From: an uncultured Gemmatimonadales bacterium
GTDB taxonomy: Bacteria > Gemmatimonadota > Gemmatimonadetes > Longimicrobiales > RSA9
NCBI GenBank assembly: GCA_963798085.1
Contig: CAWCRS010000007.1
Location: forward strand, 640,001 to 704,000
DNA length: 64,000 nucleotides
Reading direction: 5' to 3'
Within the stretch, counting starts at the first letter, position 1; each line of letters opens with the position of its first letter. The notes under the pieces are model-generated. The model did no database searches. It was not told the origin of the DNA and was given only the letters and a program-made list of their open reading frames with translations. The position numbers and the translations under genes are program-made. Positions 54,361 to 64,000 of the stretch are shown piece after piece.

Positions 54361-54813
54361 ATGCGTAGATTGATCCTGGTCACATGCGCGCTGGCAGCCC
54401 AGGTCTCGGAGCCCGGGCCGCCATTGGCGAGGAGTCGAACTGCGGTTGGTGCGTCGATGCGGAAGGTGTTGAGGAATGTTCATACAGTCTTTGGTGCTTC
54501 TGCCGTCCGTATCACTATTTCACCGATTTCGGCACGCAGAATGGGGGCTACCGCCACGGCTTACACTACTTTGACGAGTGTGGGAGATGTAATTCGCACA
54601 CGACGTGTGCACAGGCGTCCACAGAAACCGTCAACGGCCTGGACGCAGCGCTGAAAAGGCCTCAGCTTCTGAAGACATTCCTCGATGCGCATTCCACTTC
54701 TCTCGCTCAACTACTCGACACGAGAAGTCCGTGTAGTTGATTGCGAGGGCCACGAGATCATGAAGCGAACGCTCAGTGCCGAGCAGCTTTCACAACTCAT
54801 CGCGACGCCCTGA
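54361..54813 (+). CDS. Small secreted Cys/His-rich protein (two compensating frameshifts, near 54395 and 54700)
   Basis: GGAGGGAG RBS + MRRLILVTCALAA; middle frame with 8 Cys and 4 His; end LNYSTREVRVVDCEGHEIM..P*. Confidence 0.5.
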
Positions 54814-55197
54814 CATCACAGGCTCGGGCTGTCCAGTCAACGTCAGTGGCAACTGGACCATTGCACGGCCGCACTTAAGAACAGCTCGGTTCGAGTGGGT
54901 CAAGCGGGATGCGCAAGATTGTGAGAGTAATGTTGACCCGGCAATCGCGGACATTTATCTCTCGCGGAAGCGCATGCCCTCGCCGGCGGCGCAGGGGGTG
55001 TCCAGTTGAGCCGAGGAATCCGGCGTATCCATGTGCGTCCGCTGGTTCATACAGGCGTCCGCGCTGTGGATCCTGGGAGGATGTGTTGCGAAGGGAGTTC
55101 GACGGCTACGAGAGGCCCGTGTCTCAGGGTGATAGCCGGCATCACCATTAATTCGACGGACTGTTCCCGGCCGCCCCTTCGAAAGGTTTCTGCAAAA

Positions 55198-56316
55198 ATG
55201 CACAATCGAGCGTGGGCAACCCTGCTGTCAGCCGCCGCGGCTCTGTGCATGACGGCCGCGAGTGTCAACACCAACACTGCGCCATGGAAGCGGGGCACTG
55301 ATCATTGCCCGCCATGTTCCATCGTTGCGGATCGGCTTCTACGTCTCCGTGCCGGCCCCGGCAACTTTACTCCAGATTTTCGGTTCCTGTCTGTGATCCA
55401 CCAGCGCAACGGTCGTTTTGTGGTTGCTCCCCTGATGGCGAGCAACTCACTGGCAGTTTATGATTCCGATGGTGCATTCGCGGAGACCATCGCCCGGCTG
55501 TCCATGAGCCATGCGGGAGATGACGTCGTGGTGGGTGGAATCTGGCGAATGGCGATGGACTCGATCCTCGTGAGTGACCTGATGCATGACAGGCTTCTCG
55601 TACTCACGCCGATTCTTCAAGTTGCACGGACAGCGCGCTTTTTCGGCAATGTCATCGACGTGACCAATACACCAACAGGTTTCGTGCTTGCCGCGAAGCT
55701 TGCGCAACCGGGAATGATCCACACCTTCGGCTTCAATGGTCACTACATGCAGACCCTCGCGGGCACCAAAGCGACGGATACTCTCGCGAGGCTGCAGGTT
55801 GCGTACAATCCCGCGACGGGTGAGACGTACGCGTTGCAGAACAACCAATACGTGGTTCGACGGTGGAACAGATCAGGGTCGCCTGAGCAACCATGGGATC
55901 GGCGCGCGGCCTGGTTTCCTGAATACCCCACGACCTCCAGGGGCGGCGCGCATCCATTCGTAGCCGATATTTCTGGTGATGGTGATGGCAGACTCTGGGT
56001 GCTCGTTGTGGCTACCGGCGGCTTCCGAAATGCCGCCGGCGTGCCAGGTATGCCCAGCGCGGCTGACGGTTCCCACGACGTCCAGTCAATCATCGAGGTC
56101 CTCGATCCCCAGCACAAGATTGTGATGGGAAGCCTTCGCGTCAGTGGATATGTACGGGGAATGTGCGGGGAGCGCGAGGCGTTCAGCACGGAGTTGACGA
56201 AGCAGGGTGCGACGCAGATCGTCATCTGGCGATTTGGACCTGTCCCGATTCCGTGGACGGTTGAGTGTTTGGGTTGCCTGCTGCCGGCGCATGGCAATCC
56301 GTTCTGCTGTTGTTGA
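55198..56316 (+). CDS. Secreted beta-propeller protein, C-terminus replaced by IS sequence
   Basis: Signal, CPPCSI, VYDSDG.F, D.DGRLWV, IIEVLDP, IWRF. Confidence 0.7.
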   Translation: MHNRAWATLLSAAAALCMTAASVNTNTAPWKRGTDHCPPCSIVADRLLRLRAGPGNFTPDFRFLSVIHQRNGRFVVAPLMASNSLAVYDSDGAFAETIARLSMSHAGDDVVVGGIWRMAMDSILVSDLMHDRLLVLTPILQVARTARFFGNVIDVTNTPTGFVLAAKLAQPGMIHTFGFNGHYMQTLAGTKATDTLARLQVAYNPATGETYALQNNQYVVRRWNRSGSPEQPWDRRAAWFPEYPTTSRGGAHPFVADISGDGDGRLWVLVVATGGFRNAAGVPGMPSAADGSHDVQSIIEVLDPQHKIVMGSLRVSGYVRGMCGEREAFSTELTKQGATQIVIWRFGPVPIPWTVECLGCLLPAHGNPFCCC

Positions 56317-56482
56317 TATGATGGATCCGTTTGCTGCCTGGGGTCCGAGCGAAGGCGAGGAGACCGCGCACGGCGCGGCCGCCCGCGGAAGGTGCCTTGT
56401 CGCGAGCCTCCAGAATCGCGTGTACGGGCCGGGAGCGGCCGGAAGGTATCCCAGCACCCCCCGAATCGGCGGTGCGTGCGAC

Positions 56483-57330
56483 TCACGCGGCTGACCCATG
56501 CAGTCGCTCGAAGTTCATGGGTGAGCGTTGACCCAGCGCAGAATGGCGCCGGTGCGGATTGTACCAGCCTTCGATGAAATGGAACACCGCTGTTTCGGCT
56601 TCCGCCGGCGTGCGAAAGCGGTAGCGGTCGAGCAACTCGCACTCGAGCGTGGCAAAGAAGCTTTCGCACAGCGCGTTGTCGTAGCAGTCGCCCACGCTGC
56701 CCATCGAGGGACGCACGCCGGCCTCGCGACAACGCTGACCAAATGCCAGCGACGTGTACTGACTGCCCTGATCGGAGTGATGGATCACGGCGTGCGGACG
56801 CCGCTGCATGAGCGCCATGTTCATCGCCGCCACTACCAGTTCACTGCGCAGGTGTGTGGCCATGGCCCAGCCCACCACCCGTCGACTCCACACGTCCACC
56901 ACCACCGCCAGATACAGCATCCCGCTCCAGGTCGAAATGTACGTGATGTCGGCCACCCAGAGCTGATCCGGCCCCGTCGCCTTGAACTGACGGTCCACCA
57001 GATCCGGTGCCGGTCGGCTGTCCGCATCGCGCACGGTCGTGACTACCTTCGTCGACGGCTTACGCCTTCCAGCCCTTCTTCCCGCATCAGGCGGCCCACG
57101 CGCTTGGGGGACACCGCCTCACCGTCATCCTGCAACTCCGCGTGCACACGCGGGCGGCCGTACGTCCCGTCCGACCGCTCGTGGATCTCGCGTATGCGCT
57201 GTTTCAACTGCGCGTCGCGCTCGGCTCGCGCCGACGCCCGACGCTCGAACCATGCATAGTACCCGCTGGTGGAGACCTCCAGCACGCGGCACATGGTGGC
57301 AATCGGATACATGGCCTGGTGGGCTCTCAC
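56483..57330 (-). CDS. IS3 transposase OrfB (DDE); 1-nt break near 57048
   Basis: TYGRPR, WVADITY, HHSDQGSQY, DNALCESFF, WYNPHRRHS. Confidence 0.92.
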
Positions 57331-57635
57331 GAATCGGTAGACCTCGACGGCACCGCATCGGTCTCCCGAGCGAACCAGGCCGCGGCTTTTGCCAGGATCT
57401 CCCGCTCGACGCGCAACTGCTTGTTCTCGCGCCGCAGCCGCTTCAGCTCCGCCAGCTCCTCGCTGGTCGGCCCTTCACGGCGGCCCGCATCCCGATCCGC
57501 CTGCTTCACCCAGTTGCGAAGTGACTGCTCCGACACCTTGAATTCCTTCGCCAGCTCTCCGATCGAGCGACCCGCCCGGGCCAGGTCGATAAGCCGACTA
57601 CGGAATTCCAAGGGATACGACCGTCGTTTCGACAT
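57327..57635 (-). CDS. IS3 transposase OrfA
   Basis: YPLEFR HTH, LRNWVKQ, ELKRLRRENKQLRVEREILAKAAAWFA. Confidence 0.93.
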   Translation of the reverse strand: MSKRRSYPLEFRSRLIDLARAGRSIGELAKEFKVSEQSLRNWVKQADRDAGRREGPTSEELAELKRLRRENKQLRVEREILAKAAAWFARETDAVPSRSTDS

Positions 57636-57724
57636 TGTGGACTCCTTTCTCTACCCAAGAGAGTAAGTGTCCACGAAACCGGGTCAACTCCAATTCAGGC
57701 TCATCCCGCGATTTTGACGGTGGA

Positions 57725-58933
57725 ATGGTGAGTGTTCCAGGTCGGCGAATGCACCGCGGCTTAACTGCGGCGAGCGGCAGGGGCGCAACTCACGGAGCGC
57801 TGTTGCCGCTTGCGCGGGTAGTGGGTTGCGTCCCGCCCCTCTGGTCGGCTCATCTGCTGCTGCTGGTGCTGGTGATAAGCTGGACAGGCTGCCGCAGGAC
57901 AGAGCGTGCCGGCGAGCCAACTGATGTACCTGTGGCGGTGACCTCGGCAGAGAGCTGCGGCGGGTGCCGGATTGTGCTGGAGCGAACGGCGACACTTGCG
58001 GATACCAGTGAGTTCGCGCCTGCATGGAACGCGCGAGTGGTTCGAACAAGAGGCGGCTACGCGGTGGCGCCCCTCGACGTGGGGTATGCATTTGCCGAGT
58101 TTGCCGATACCGGCGGTTTCACGCGGAGCATCGGCGCACAGGGTGCGGGCCCGGGAGAGTTCGCATATGTTGCGAATCTCTATGCCGGTTCAGGCGACAG
58201 CATTCTGGCATACGATCCCGGCAACGGGCGTATCCAGGTGTACACCCCCGACCTTGTTCTCTTCCGGACGTTTCAGCTCTTGCAAACCCCGAATGATCTG
58301 GTGCCGCTCAGGAACGGCGGTTATGTGGTGTCGGACCGCGCCCCATATGATCGCCTGTTGCGGCTGCTGGATGCGGCTGGCCAGACTGTCGCTGCGCGCG
58401 GCCCATTGGTCGATCCGCGCCCGACTCACAACACGGGCGGGATGGAGCTTGCAGTTGCGCCCGGTGGGCACATCTTCGGGATTCTCCACAGCCAGTATAC
58501 GATCTTCGAATTTGACGAGTCGGCCATGAGGGTCCGCTCGCTTGTCAGATCGACGAAGTGGTTTCCAGAGCGTCGGAGTCTACTGCACCCGAACCGTCGG
58601 TCGGCAGTGATCAAGGATATGGCAGTGGATAGCTCGGGACTGTTATGGGTGCTGATCTCTTTGCCAAAACCGATCCCTGTGAGAGAGCTCGCCCAGCAAG
58701 GCGGCACGCGATTGACGCCGACGCAGATTCTCAAGGAGCAGACGCCTGTCCTTGAGGTTATTGAGCCGGCGGTTGCACCGCGCCTCCTTGCTCATGCCGA
58801 GTTCCCGGAAACGTATTTGAAGTCGTTCGTGGATGGCTCGGCGGTCGTATCACAATCGGTGGACAATGAGGGCGTGTCGTTGTTTACGGTCTGGCGGTTT
58901 CATCTTAATGTGTCCGCTGCCCGCGCACCTTGA
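57725..58933 (+). CDS. 6-bladed beta-propeller lipoprotein
   Basis: WTGC lipobox-like, CGGCRI, GAQGAGPGEF, VDSSGLLWV, LEVIEP, VWRF. Confidence 0.75.
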   Translation: MVSVPGRRMHRGLTAASGRGATHGALLPLARVVGCVPPLWSAHLLLLVLVISWTGCRRTERAGEPTDVPVAVTSAESCGGCRIVLERTATLADTSEFAPAWNARVVRTRGGYAVAPLDVGYAFAEFADTGGFTRSIGAQGAGPGEFAYVANLYAGSGDSILAYDPGNGRIQVYTPDLVLFRTFQLLQTPNDLVPLRNGGYVVSDRAPYDRLLRLLDAAGQTVAARGPLVDPRPTHNTGGMELAVAPGGHIFGILHSQYTIFEFDESAMRVRSLVRSTKWFPERRSLLHPNRRSAVIKDMAVDSSGLLWVLISLPKPIPVRELAQQGGTRLTPTQILKEQTPVLEVIEPAVAPRLLAHAEFPETYLKSFVDGSAVVSQSVDNEGVSLFTVWRFHLNVSAARAP

Positions 58934-59037
58934 CGGCTGGTTCCGCGGGCCGAAATGTCAACATCGCAGTGCAGTGGGCAGCGGATTGCGGGGAGGGCCC
59001 CCGGGTCAACGAAGGAAATGAAGCGGAAGCCGTCTTT

Positions 59038-60210
59038 ATGAGTCGCCCCATCCGGGCGGCCGATCCGGTTGTCACCTGCTTGCTGGCGACGATGCTGCTG
59101 CTGAGCATCGCCGCCTGCGGTGTTGCCCGTGGCGAGAGCGGCACAACCGATCAGAGCCAGGCCTGGCTGCTCGAGAGCCTTTCTCCGCCGCAACAGAGTG
59201 TTTGGCGTGACGACAACACCTGGGTCCTCACTCCTGTACGCACGTACGGCACCATGGAAGGGCCGCTGAGCTTCGCGTACATCGTCGCTCTTGCCGTGAG
59301 CGACCGTGGCGTTCTCGCAGTCGCGGATCAGCAGGCGTGCACGATCACGCTGATCCAGCGGCCGCAGGGCCGCTATCTGCGGCGCTTCGGTTCGTGCGGC
59401 GAGGGCCCGGGCGAGTTTCGCCAGATTCGCGCACTGCAATTCTCGGGGTATTCGCTGGTGGTGTACGATCAGGCGCGCCAGCAGATGCTGCTGCTCAATG
59501 CCGATGGGATCGAGCGCGCGCGCATTCATCTTGCCTTGCCCGGTGTCGACGCGGTGCGCTCTTTCGCCCGACTCGACGACTCGACCGTTCTTGTTGCAAC
59601 TGAGCGTGTGGTGGCTTACAGAGATGTATCGGGGAGTACTCGCAGGTTGCCACTGGTGGGTCTGCTGGCCTGGCCTTCGGGTCAGCTCAGGAGCTGGGTG
59701 GCCAGCGATCCGCCGATCGCAACCGTCGGCCCGCAGCGAACGCTGCGTCGCATGGAGTCGTGTCTCACCAGGATCGGCAATCAACCGGTCGCCGTGATCA
59801 AGAATGACTGGGTACTCGAAGGGGCAGGCCTGGGTGTGCGCAGTGGTGCTGAGGTATTCCACTTCCTTTCGACGATTCGCGGTCTGGAGCCGGAGCACCG
59901 GAGTGACGGATCCTGGGCGCCGAGCACCATGGTCACCGATGCCGTGTGGTGCGGCGCTTCCGGCGCAATCTTCAAGATCACCGAACCGCAGGCTCCGCAC
60001 ATCGGTGTGCCGCCGCGGCCGAAGCGCACGTTCCTGGAGTTCCGCGGATACGACGGGAGCATTCTGATGCGAAGAACGGTACGCGACAGCAGTTCCATGC
60101 TGCACACGGCGTTCGGCACGATGAGGGCCGACACATTGCTCGTAGCGAGCAACCTTGCCGGACCCTGGCCCATGGTGGGTGAGTTCGTGCTGCGCAGGAG
60201 CGGTCACTGA
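59038..60210 (+). CDS. 6-bladed beta-propeller lipoprotein
   Basis: IAAC lipobox, FGSCGEGPGEF motif. Confidence 0.75.
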   Translation: MSRPIRAADPVVTCLLATMLLLSIAACGVARGESGTTDQSQAWLLESLSPPQQSVWRDDNTWVLTPVRTYGTMEGPLSFAYIVALAVSDRGVLAVADQQACTITLIQRPQGRYLRRFGSCGEGPGEFRQIRALQFSGYSLVVYDQARQQMLLLNADGIERARIHLALPGVDAVRSFARLDDSTVLVATERVVAYRDVSGSTRRLPLVGLLAWPSGQLRSWVASDPPIATVGPQRTLRRMESCLTRIGNQPVAVIKNDWVLEGAGLGVRSGAEVFHFLSTIRGLEPEHRSDGSWAPSTMVTDAVWCGASGAIFKITEPQAPHIGVPPRPKRTFLEFRGYDGSILMRRTVRDSSSMLHTAFGTMRADTLLVASNLAGPWPMVGEFVLRRSGH

Positions 60211-60256
60211 CGCGCCAGCGACGGCTCGCGAGCCGGAGATCCCCGGTTGCGCCAAC

Positions 60257-60274
60257 CCCGTATCACCCCGAAAA
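60257..60274 (+). repeat. Partial third copy of the island repeat
   Basis: cccgtatcaccccgaaaa, preceded by gagatccccggttgcgcc, similar to the flank of copy 2. Confidence 0.7.
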
Positions 60275-60477
60275 TGGGGGTACGCGGAGGGCGGCCGCAC
60301 ACTAACCGTGCGTCGTTGGGAGGAAGCAAAACGTGGCCCAATCTCGTTTGAACCGATTGGACCGATTCCATAGACGCACGGTCGCGGTGCGGCCGCTCCG
60401 GACTTCGTGAAACGAAGGGATCATATTTCTACCTGCGCCTGCAGGAAACGCGAGCGGCGAATTTCGGGAGGGTTTCG

Positions 60478-61329
60478 ATGCGGTCAGCAAAATGGAATGC
60501 TGCCGGGTGGTTGTTGACGTTAGCGTTGCCCACTCTGGTGAGCGCACAAACGGCGCGGATTTTCGGGCGCGTTCGCGACAAGGAGTCGGGCAAACCGATC
60601 ACGGGCGCGGCTGTACTTGTTGGAGGCAGGGACTCTGTCAGCGTCACCGGGCCGACTGGCAGTTTCAGTGTTGTTCTGCCACCGGGGGTCCATCGCTTGC
60701 ACCTCACGGCACTCGGTTACCTGGAACGGACGGATTCCATTGTCATACAGCCCGCGGCCTCGATGGTAGATGTAGAAGTGATGCTCTCGAGGAAGCCAGT
60801 CGTTCTGCCACCTGTGGAGGTCACAGCGCGCTCAGAACGCTTGATCCGGGCCGGATTCTACGACCGTCGGGAAGGTGGTTTGGCTCCACCAACGCATTTC
60901 ATGACACGCGCAGACATTGAGCACCGGCAGCCCACGTTGCTCACAGATCTGTTTCAAGATGTTCCGCAGGTGAAGGTATTGTTCATCGAAGCGGGTCGCC
61001 GAACCCTGCGGTTCAATCGACACGTGTCAACGCAATCGATTGGGGAAAAATCTTCCAGGGGAGTTCTGCAACGTCCGGACGACGGAGCGGACTCCAGGGG
61101 CTGTGAACCCGATCTTTACATTGATGGTCAGTTGTATCGTGATTCCTCAATTCCGGCAAACCCCAGCGGGGATGTTAGGATCGATGCGATGCGACCGAGG
61201 ATGAACAAGGTTGACAACTACGATGCGATTCCTGTTAGCGAGGTTGAAGGTGTTGAAGTGTACGTTGGCGCAGCCACCCCGCTGCAGTACCACAACGCGT
61301 GCGGTGTGATTCTGATCTGGACACGCTGA
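60478..61329 (+). CDS. Secreted carboxypeptidase-regulatory-like + TonB-plug-like protein without barrel
   Basis: GRVRDKESGKPITGA, LPPVEVTA, GFYDR, YIDG, EGVEVY..CGVILIWTR. Confidence 0.8.
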   Translation: MRSAKWNAAGWLLTLALPTLVSAQTARIFGRVRDKESGKPITGAAVLVGGRDSVSVTGPTGSFSVVLPPGVHRLHLTALGYLERTDSIVIQPAASMVDVEVMLSRKPVVLPPVEVTARSERLIRAGFYDRREGGLAPPTHFMTRADIEHRQPTLLTDLFQDVPQVKVLFIEAGRRTLRFNRHVSTQSIGEKSSRGVLQRPDDGADSRGCEPDLYIDGQLYRDSSIPANPSGDVRIDAMRPRMNKVDNYDAIPVSEVEGVEVYVGAATPLQYHNACGVILIWTR

Positions 61330-61648
61330 AGTTGCAGGCTGCTCCTCGATGCCGAAGAAGAGCAATGTCAGATCGAGTGCGGTGCGGCCGGAGAGCCCTT
61401 CAAGCTGCCCTGCGTAGTAGCCCGTATCGATGAGGTGTTGCGATCTCGCGACCCCCATGATTGGCCGGGAGCTCGACCGGCTTCGTCGTCCAGACGGGAC
61501 CTCGAAATCGACCGGTGGCCCCCGGCTCGACAGTCACCGAATCGACGCGACCCCAGGTGACCGAGGCGGCGAAGGTCCCTCGGGCGGCGACGCAGGCGCT
61601 GACGCGGCGGTGGCCTGAAAATGAGATCGCCCCGGGCTGCGCCGCCCC

Positions 61649-61714
61649 GTATCACCCCCCGAAAACGGCCTTTTCCCTGTAGGACTTTTTCCTAGGTGAA
61701 ATCGTCCCATGCGC
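61649..61714 (+). repeat. 66-bp direct repeat, copy 2
   Basis: Matches 53061-53126; contains the TAGG-N7-CCTA palindrome. Confidence 0.9.
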
Positions 61715-61901
61715 GCCCTCGCATATTGGTTGTGCAAAGAACGCCCCGCGTCGGGTGTGACGACGGTATCCGTAGGTCAAATGGGGAGACGGAGCCGTTG
61801 CCGCCAGGCCGGGGCGTTTGCGTTGCGACAACCGCCCGTCCATCATCCGCCATCAGAAATCAGGACCCCACGCCCGGCCATCCGCCCCAGAGGAGCCGAC
61901 C

Positions 61902-64000
61902 ATGCATCGCCTGATCCGCTACACCCCCACGCTCGCTCTGCTGTGCGCGAACGCCGCCGCCGCGTCCCAGGCCGCCACGACGCCGGCGCCGCAGGACCGC
62001 AACCCGCCCAGCATGAGCGCGGCGGTCGCGCCCGCGACACGCGGCTACTTCCGCTCGCCCGCGATGCGCGGCGATGTCGTCGTGTTCGTGGCGGAAGGCG
62101 ATCTGTGGCGCGTCTCCGCACAGGGCGGCGTGGCGCAGCGGCTGACCACGCACGCGGCACAGGAAGGCAGCCCGGCGCTCAGCCCGGACGGGCGCTGGCT
62201 GGCGTTCAGCGCGAGCTACGAGGGGCCGCGCGAGGTCTACGTCATGCCGGTGAACGGCGGGGCGCCGGTGCGCCAGACCTGGGACGGCGCGAACGCGACG
62301 GTCACGGGCTGGACTGCTGATGGCCGCGTGCTCTACGACACCGACAAGTACGCGACGCTGCCCAACGCGCAGCTCATCGCCATAACGCCGTGTTTGGGCG
62401 AGACCACGGCGGGCAAGGTCTGCTCGCCGAAGCGGGAGCCGCTGCCCCTGGCCACTGCCGAGGACGGCTCCTACTCGGGCGACGGGCGCAGCTTCTTCTT
62501 CACGCGCTTCGCCCGCCAGTCCTCGATGACCAAGCGCTACCTGGGCGGCACGGCGGAGAACATCTGGCGCTGGGATGACGGCGCCAGCGGCAAGTCGCTC
62601 ACCGAGGCGAAGCCACTGACCGCGGATTATCCGGGCACCAGCCGCACGCCGCTCTGGTGGAACGGCCGCATCTACTTCGCCAGCGACCGCGCCGCGCGCG
62701 GCAAGGGCCAGGCGATGGGCACCCACTCGCCCAACTGGGACGCGGGCGTGATGAACATCTGGTCGATGAACGAGCAGGGCGGCGATGTGCGCCAGCACAC
62801 CTTCCACACAGACTACGATGTGCAGGGCATGGCGCTGGACAACGGCCGCATCGTCTATCAGCAGGGGGCGGACCTCTGGGTGCTCGACCTGCGCGATGCG
62901 GCTCGCACCGCGACCGGCATGGATGGCGGCACGCGCAACCCGGCGAGCAGTGCCGCGACGCCGCGCAAGCTGGACATCACCCTGGCCAGCGACTTCGACC
63001 AGATGCGCGAGAACTGGGTGGAGCGGCCGCTGCAGTATCTCTCGTCGGCACACCTCTCGGCGAACGGCGATCGCATTGCGCTGGTCTCGCGCGGCAACGT
63101 ATTCGTCGCGCCGGTCGGCGAGGGCCGGTTCGTGAGCGCGACACACAAGCCGGGCGTGCGCTACCGCGAAGCGCGCTTCATGCCCGGCGGCAAGCAACTG
63201 CTCACACTGTCCGATGCGTCCGGCGAAGTCGAGCTGTGGACACTGCCCGCCGATGGCATGGGCACACCCGAACAGCTCACGCACGATGCCAGAATCCTGC
63301 GCTGGGACGGCCTGCCCTCGCCGGATGGCCGCTGGATCGTGCATCACGACAAGAACCAGGACCTCTGGCTGTACGACACGAAGGCGAAGAGCGACCGACG
63401 CATTGCGCACTCCGCGCGCGAGTCCGCGTGGATCAGCAGTGCGCCCGGCTTCTCGGACATCTCGTGGAGCCCGGACGGGAAGTGGCTCGCGTACAATGAT
63501 GTGGCGGAGAATTTCCTGGGCCGCATCGTGCTGTACGACACGGAGTCCGGCAAGGCGACACCGGTGACGACCGATCGCTACGATTCCTACTCGCCGGTGT
63601 GGAGTCCGGACGGCCAGTGGCTCTGGTTCCTGTCCGACCGCACGTTCCAGACGGAAGTGGGCAGTCCATGGGGCGCGCGCCAGCCCGATCCCTACTTCGA
63701 TCACCTGACACGGATTTACGGCCTCGCACTGAAGCAGAAGTTCCGCTCGCCGTTCGCGCCACGCACAGAGCTGGTGGCGGAGGCAAACGCGAACACGCCG
63801 GTTCCGGCGAAGGACTCGACGGCGAACGGGCGCGCGGCTGGTGCAGGCGGTGCGGCCGCTGCACGCAACAATGCGCCACGTCCGCCGGTCGACGTGAGCA
63901 TCGACCTGAACGGCATCGCACGGCGACTGGTCGAAGCGCCCGTGCCCGCCGGCGACTACCGCGGCCTGTCCACGGATGGCAAGCGTCTCTACTGGCTGGC
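61902..64000 (+). CDS. Tricorn-like S41 protease, N-terminal PD40 propellers (runs off the window)
   Basis: AGGAG RBS, ATG 61902; GYFRSPA..GD..VF.AEGDLW, SPDGRWLAF, KRYLGGTA; absent from the ORF track because it has no stop in the window. Confidence 0.88.
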   Translation, partial: MHRLIRYTPTLALLCANAAAASQAATTPAPQDRNPPSMSAAVAPATRGYFRSPAMRGDVVVFVAEGDLWRVSAQGGVAQRLTTHAAQEGSPALSPDGRWLAFSASYEGPREVYVMPVNGGAPVRQTWDGANATVTGWTADGRVLYDTDKYATLPNAQLIAITPCLGETTAGKVCSPKREPLPLATAEDGSYSGDGRSFFFTRFARQSSMTKRYLGGTAENIWRWDDGASGKSLTEAKPLTADYPGTSRTPLWWNGRIYFASDRAARGKGQAMGTHSPNWDAGVMNIWSMNEQGGDVRQHTFHTDYDVQGMALDNGRIVYQQGADLWVLDLRDAARTATGMDGGTRNPASSAATPRKLDITLASDFDQMRENWVERPLQYLSSAHLSANGDRIALVSRGNVFVAPVGEGRFVSATHKPGVRYREARFMPGGKQLLTLSDASGEVELWTLPADGMGTPEQLTHDARILRWDGLPSPDGRWIVHHDKNQDLWLYDTKAKSDRRIAHSARESAWISSAPGFSDISWSPDGKWLAYNDVAENFLGRIVLYDTESGKATPVTTDRYDSYSPVWSPDGQWLWFLSDRTFQTEVGSPWGARQPDPYFDHLTRIYGLALKQKFRSPFAPRTELVAEANANTPVPAKDSTANGRAAGAGGAAAARNNAPRPPVDVSIDLNGIARRLVEAPVPAGDYRGLSTDGKRLYWL

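Larger units (their letters stand above)
56235..57692 (-). mobile_element. IS3 family insertion sequence, 1458 bp
   Basis: Imperfect 25-bp IRs at 56235-56259 and 57668-57692 (TG...CA, 19/25); 3-bp ATT target duplication at 56232-56234 and 57693-57695. Confidence 0.92.

Noticed and set aside
56236..56316. Cys-rich C-terminus (..FCCC) as a metal-binding tail
   Set aside because: It is read-through into the IS3 end.
61330..61620. Minus-strand fragment MGVARSQHLIDTGYYAGQLEGLSG...
   Set aside because: Possibly a gene remnant, but I recognise no family and the ORF overlaps a real gene.

Overview
High-GC bacterial DNA with gene families typical of Gemmatimonadota (taxonomy is inferred). About 45 genes, many of them secreted or envelope proteins and peptidases (M16, two S41, S9B, M14, amidohydrolase, serpin), plus LPS/PG genes and a Doc-type TA pair. 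Best candidate for an undescribed system (35.2-39.6 kb): a predicted sigma54 operon encoding (i) a ZU5-like lipoprotein ending in the autoproteolysis motif HF|S plus the octapeptide SKYAMASN, (ii) a cytoplasmic TPR + HD-GYP phosphodiesterase and (iii) a small paralogous lipoprotein lacking ZU5 but ending SVSTMASN. It is flanked by an OppA-like protein and a dipeptidyl peptidase, which suggests RRNPP-like peptide signalling with a c-di-GMP output. Also found: an orphan fliA-csrA-flgM module with sigma28/sigma54 motifs, and an AT-richer island (53.0-61.7 kb) bounded by a 66-bp direct repeat that carries an AraC-like gene, a Cys/His-rich secreted protein, three beta-propellers and an IS3 that replaced one propeller's C-terminus. 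Many single-base frameshifts, including in mrdA and ilvA, probably reflect sequencing indels. Family assignments come from motif recognition, not database searches.
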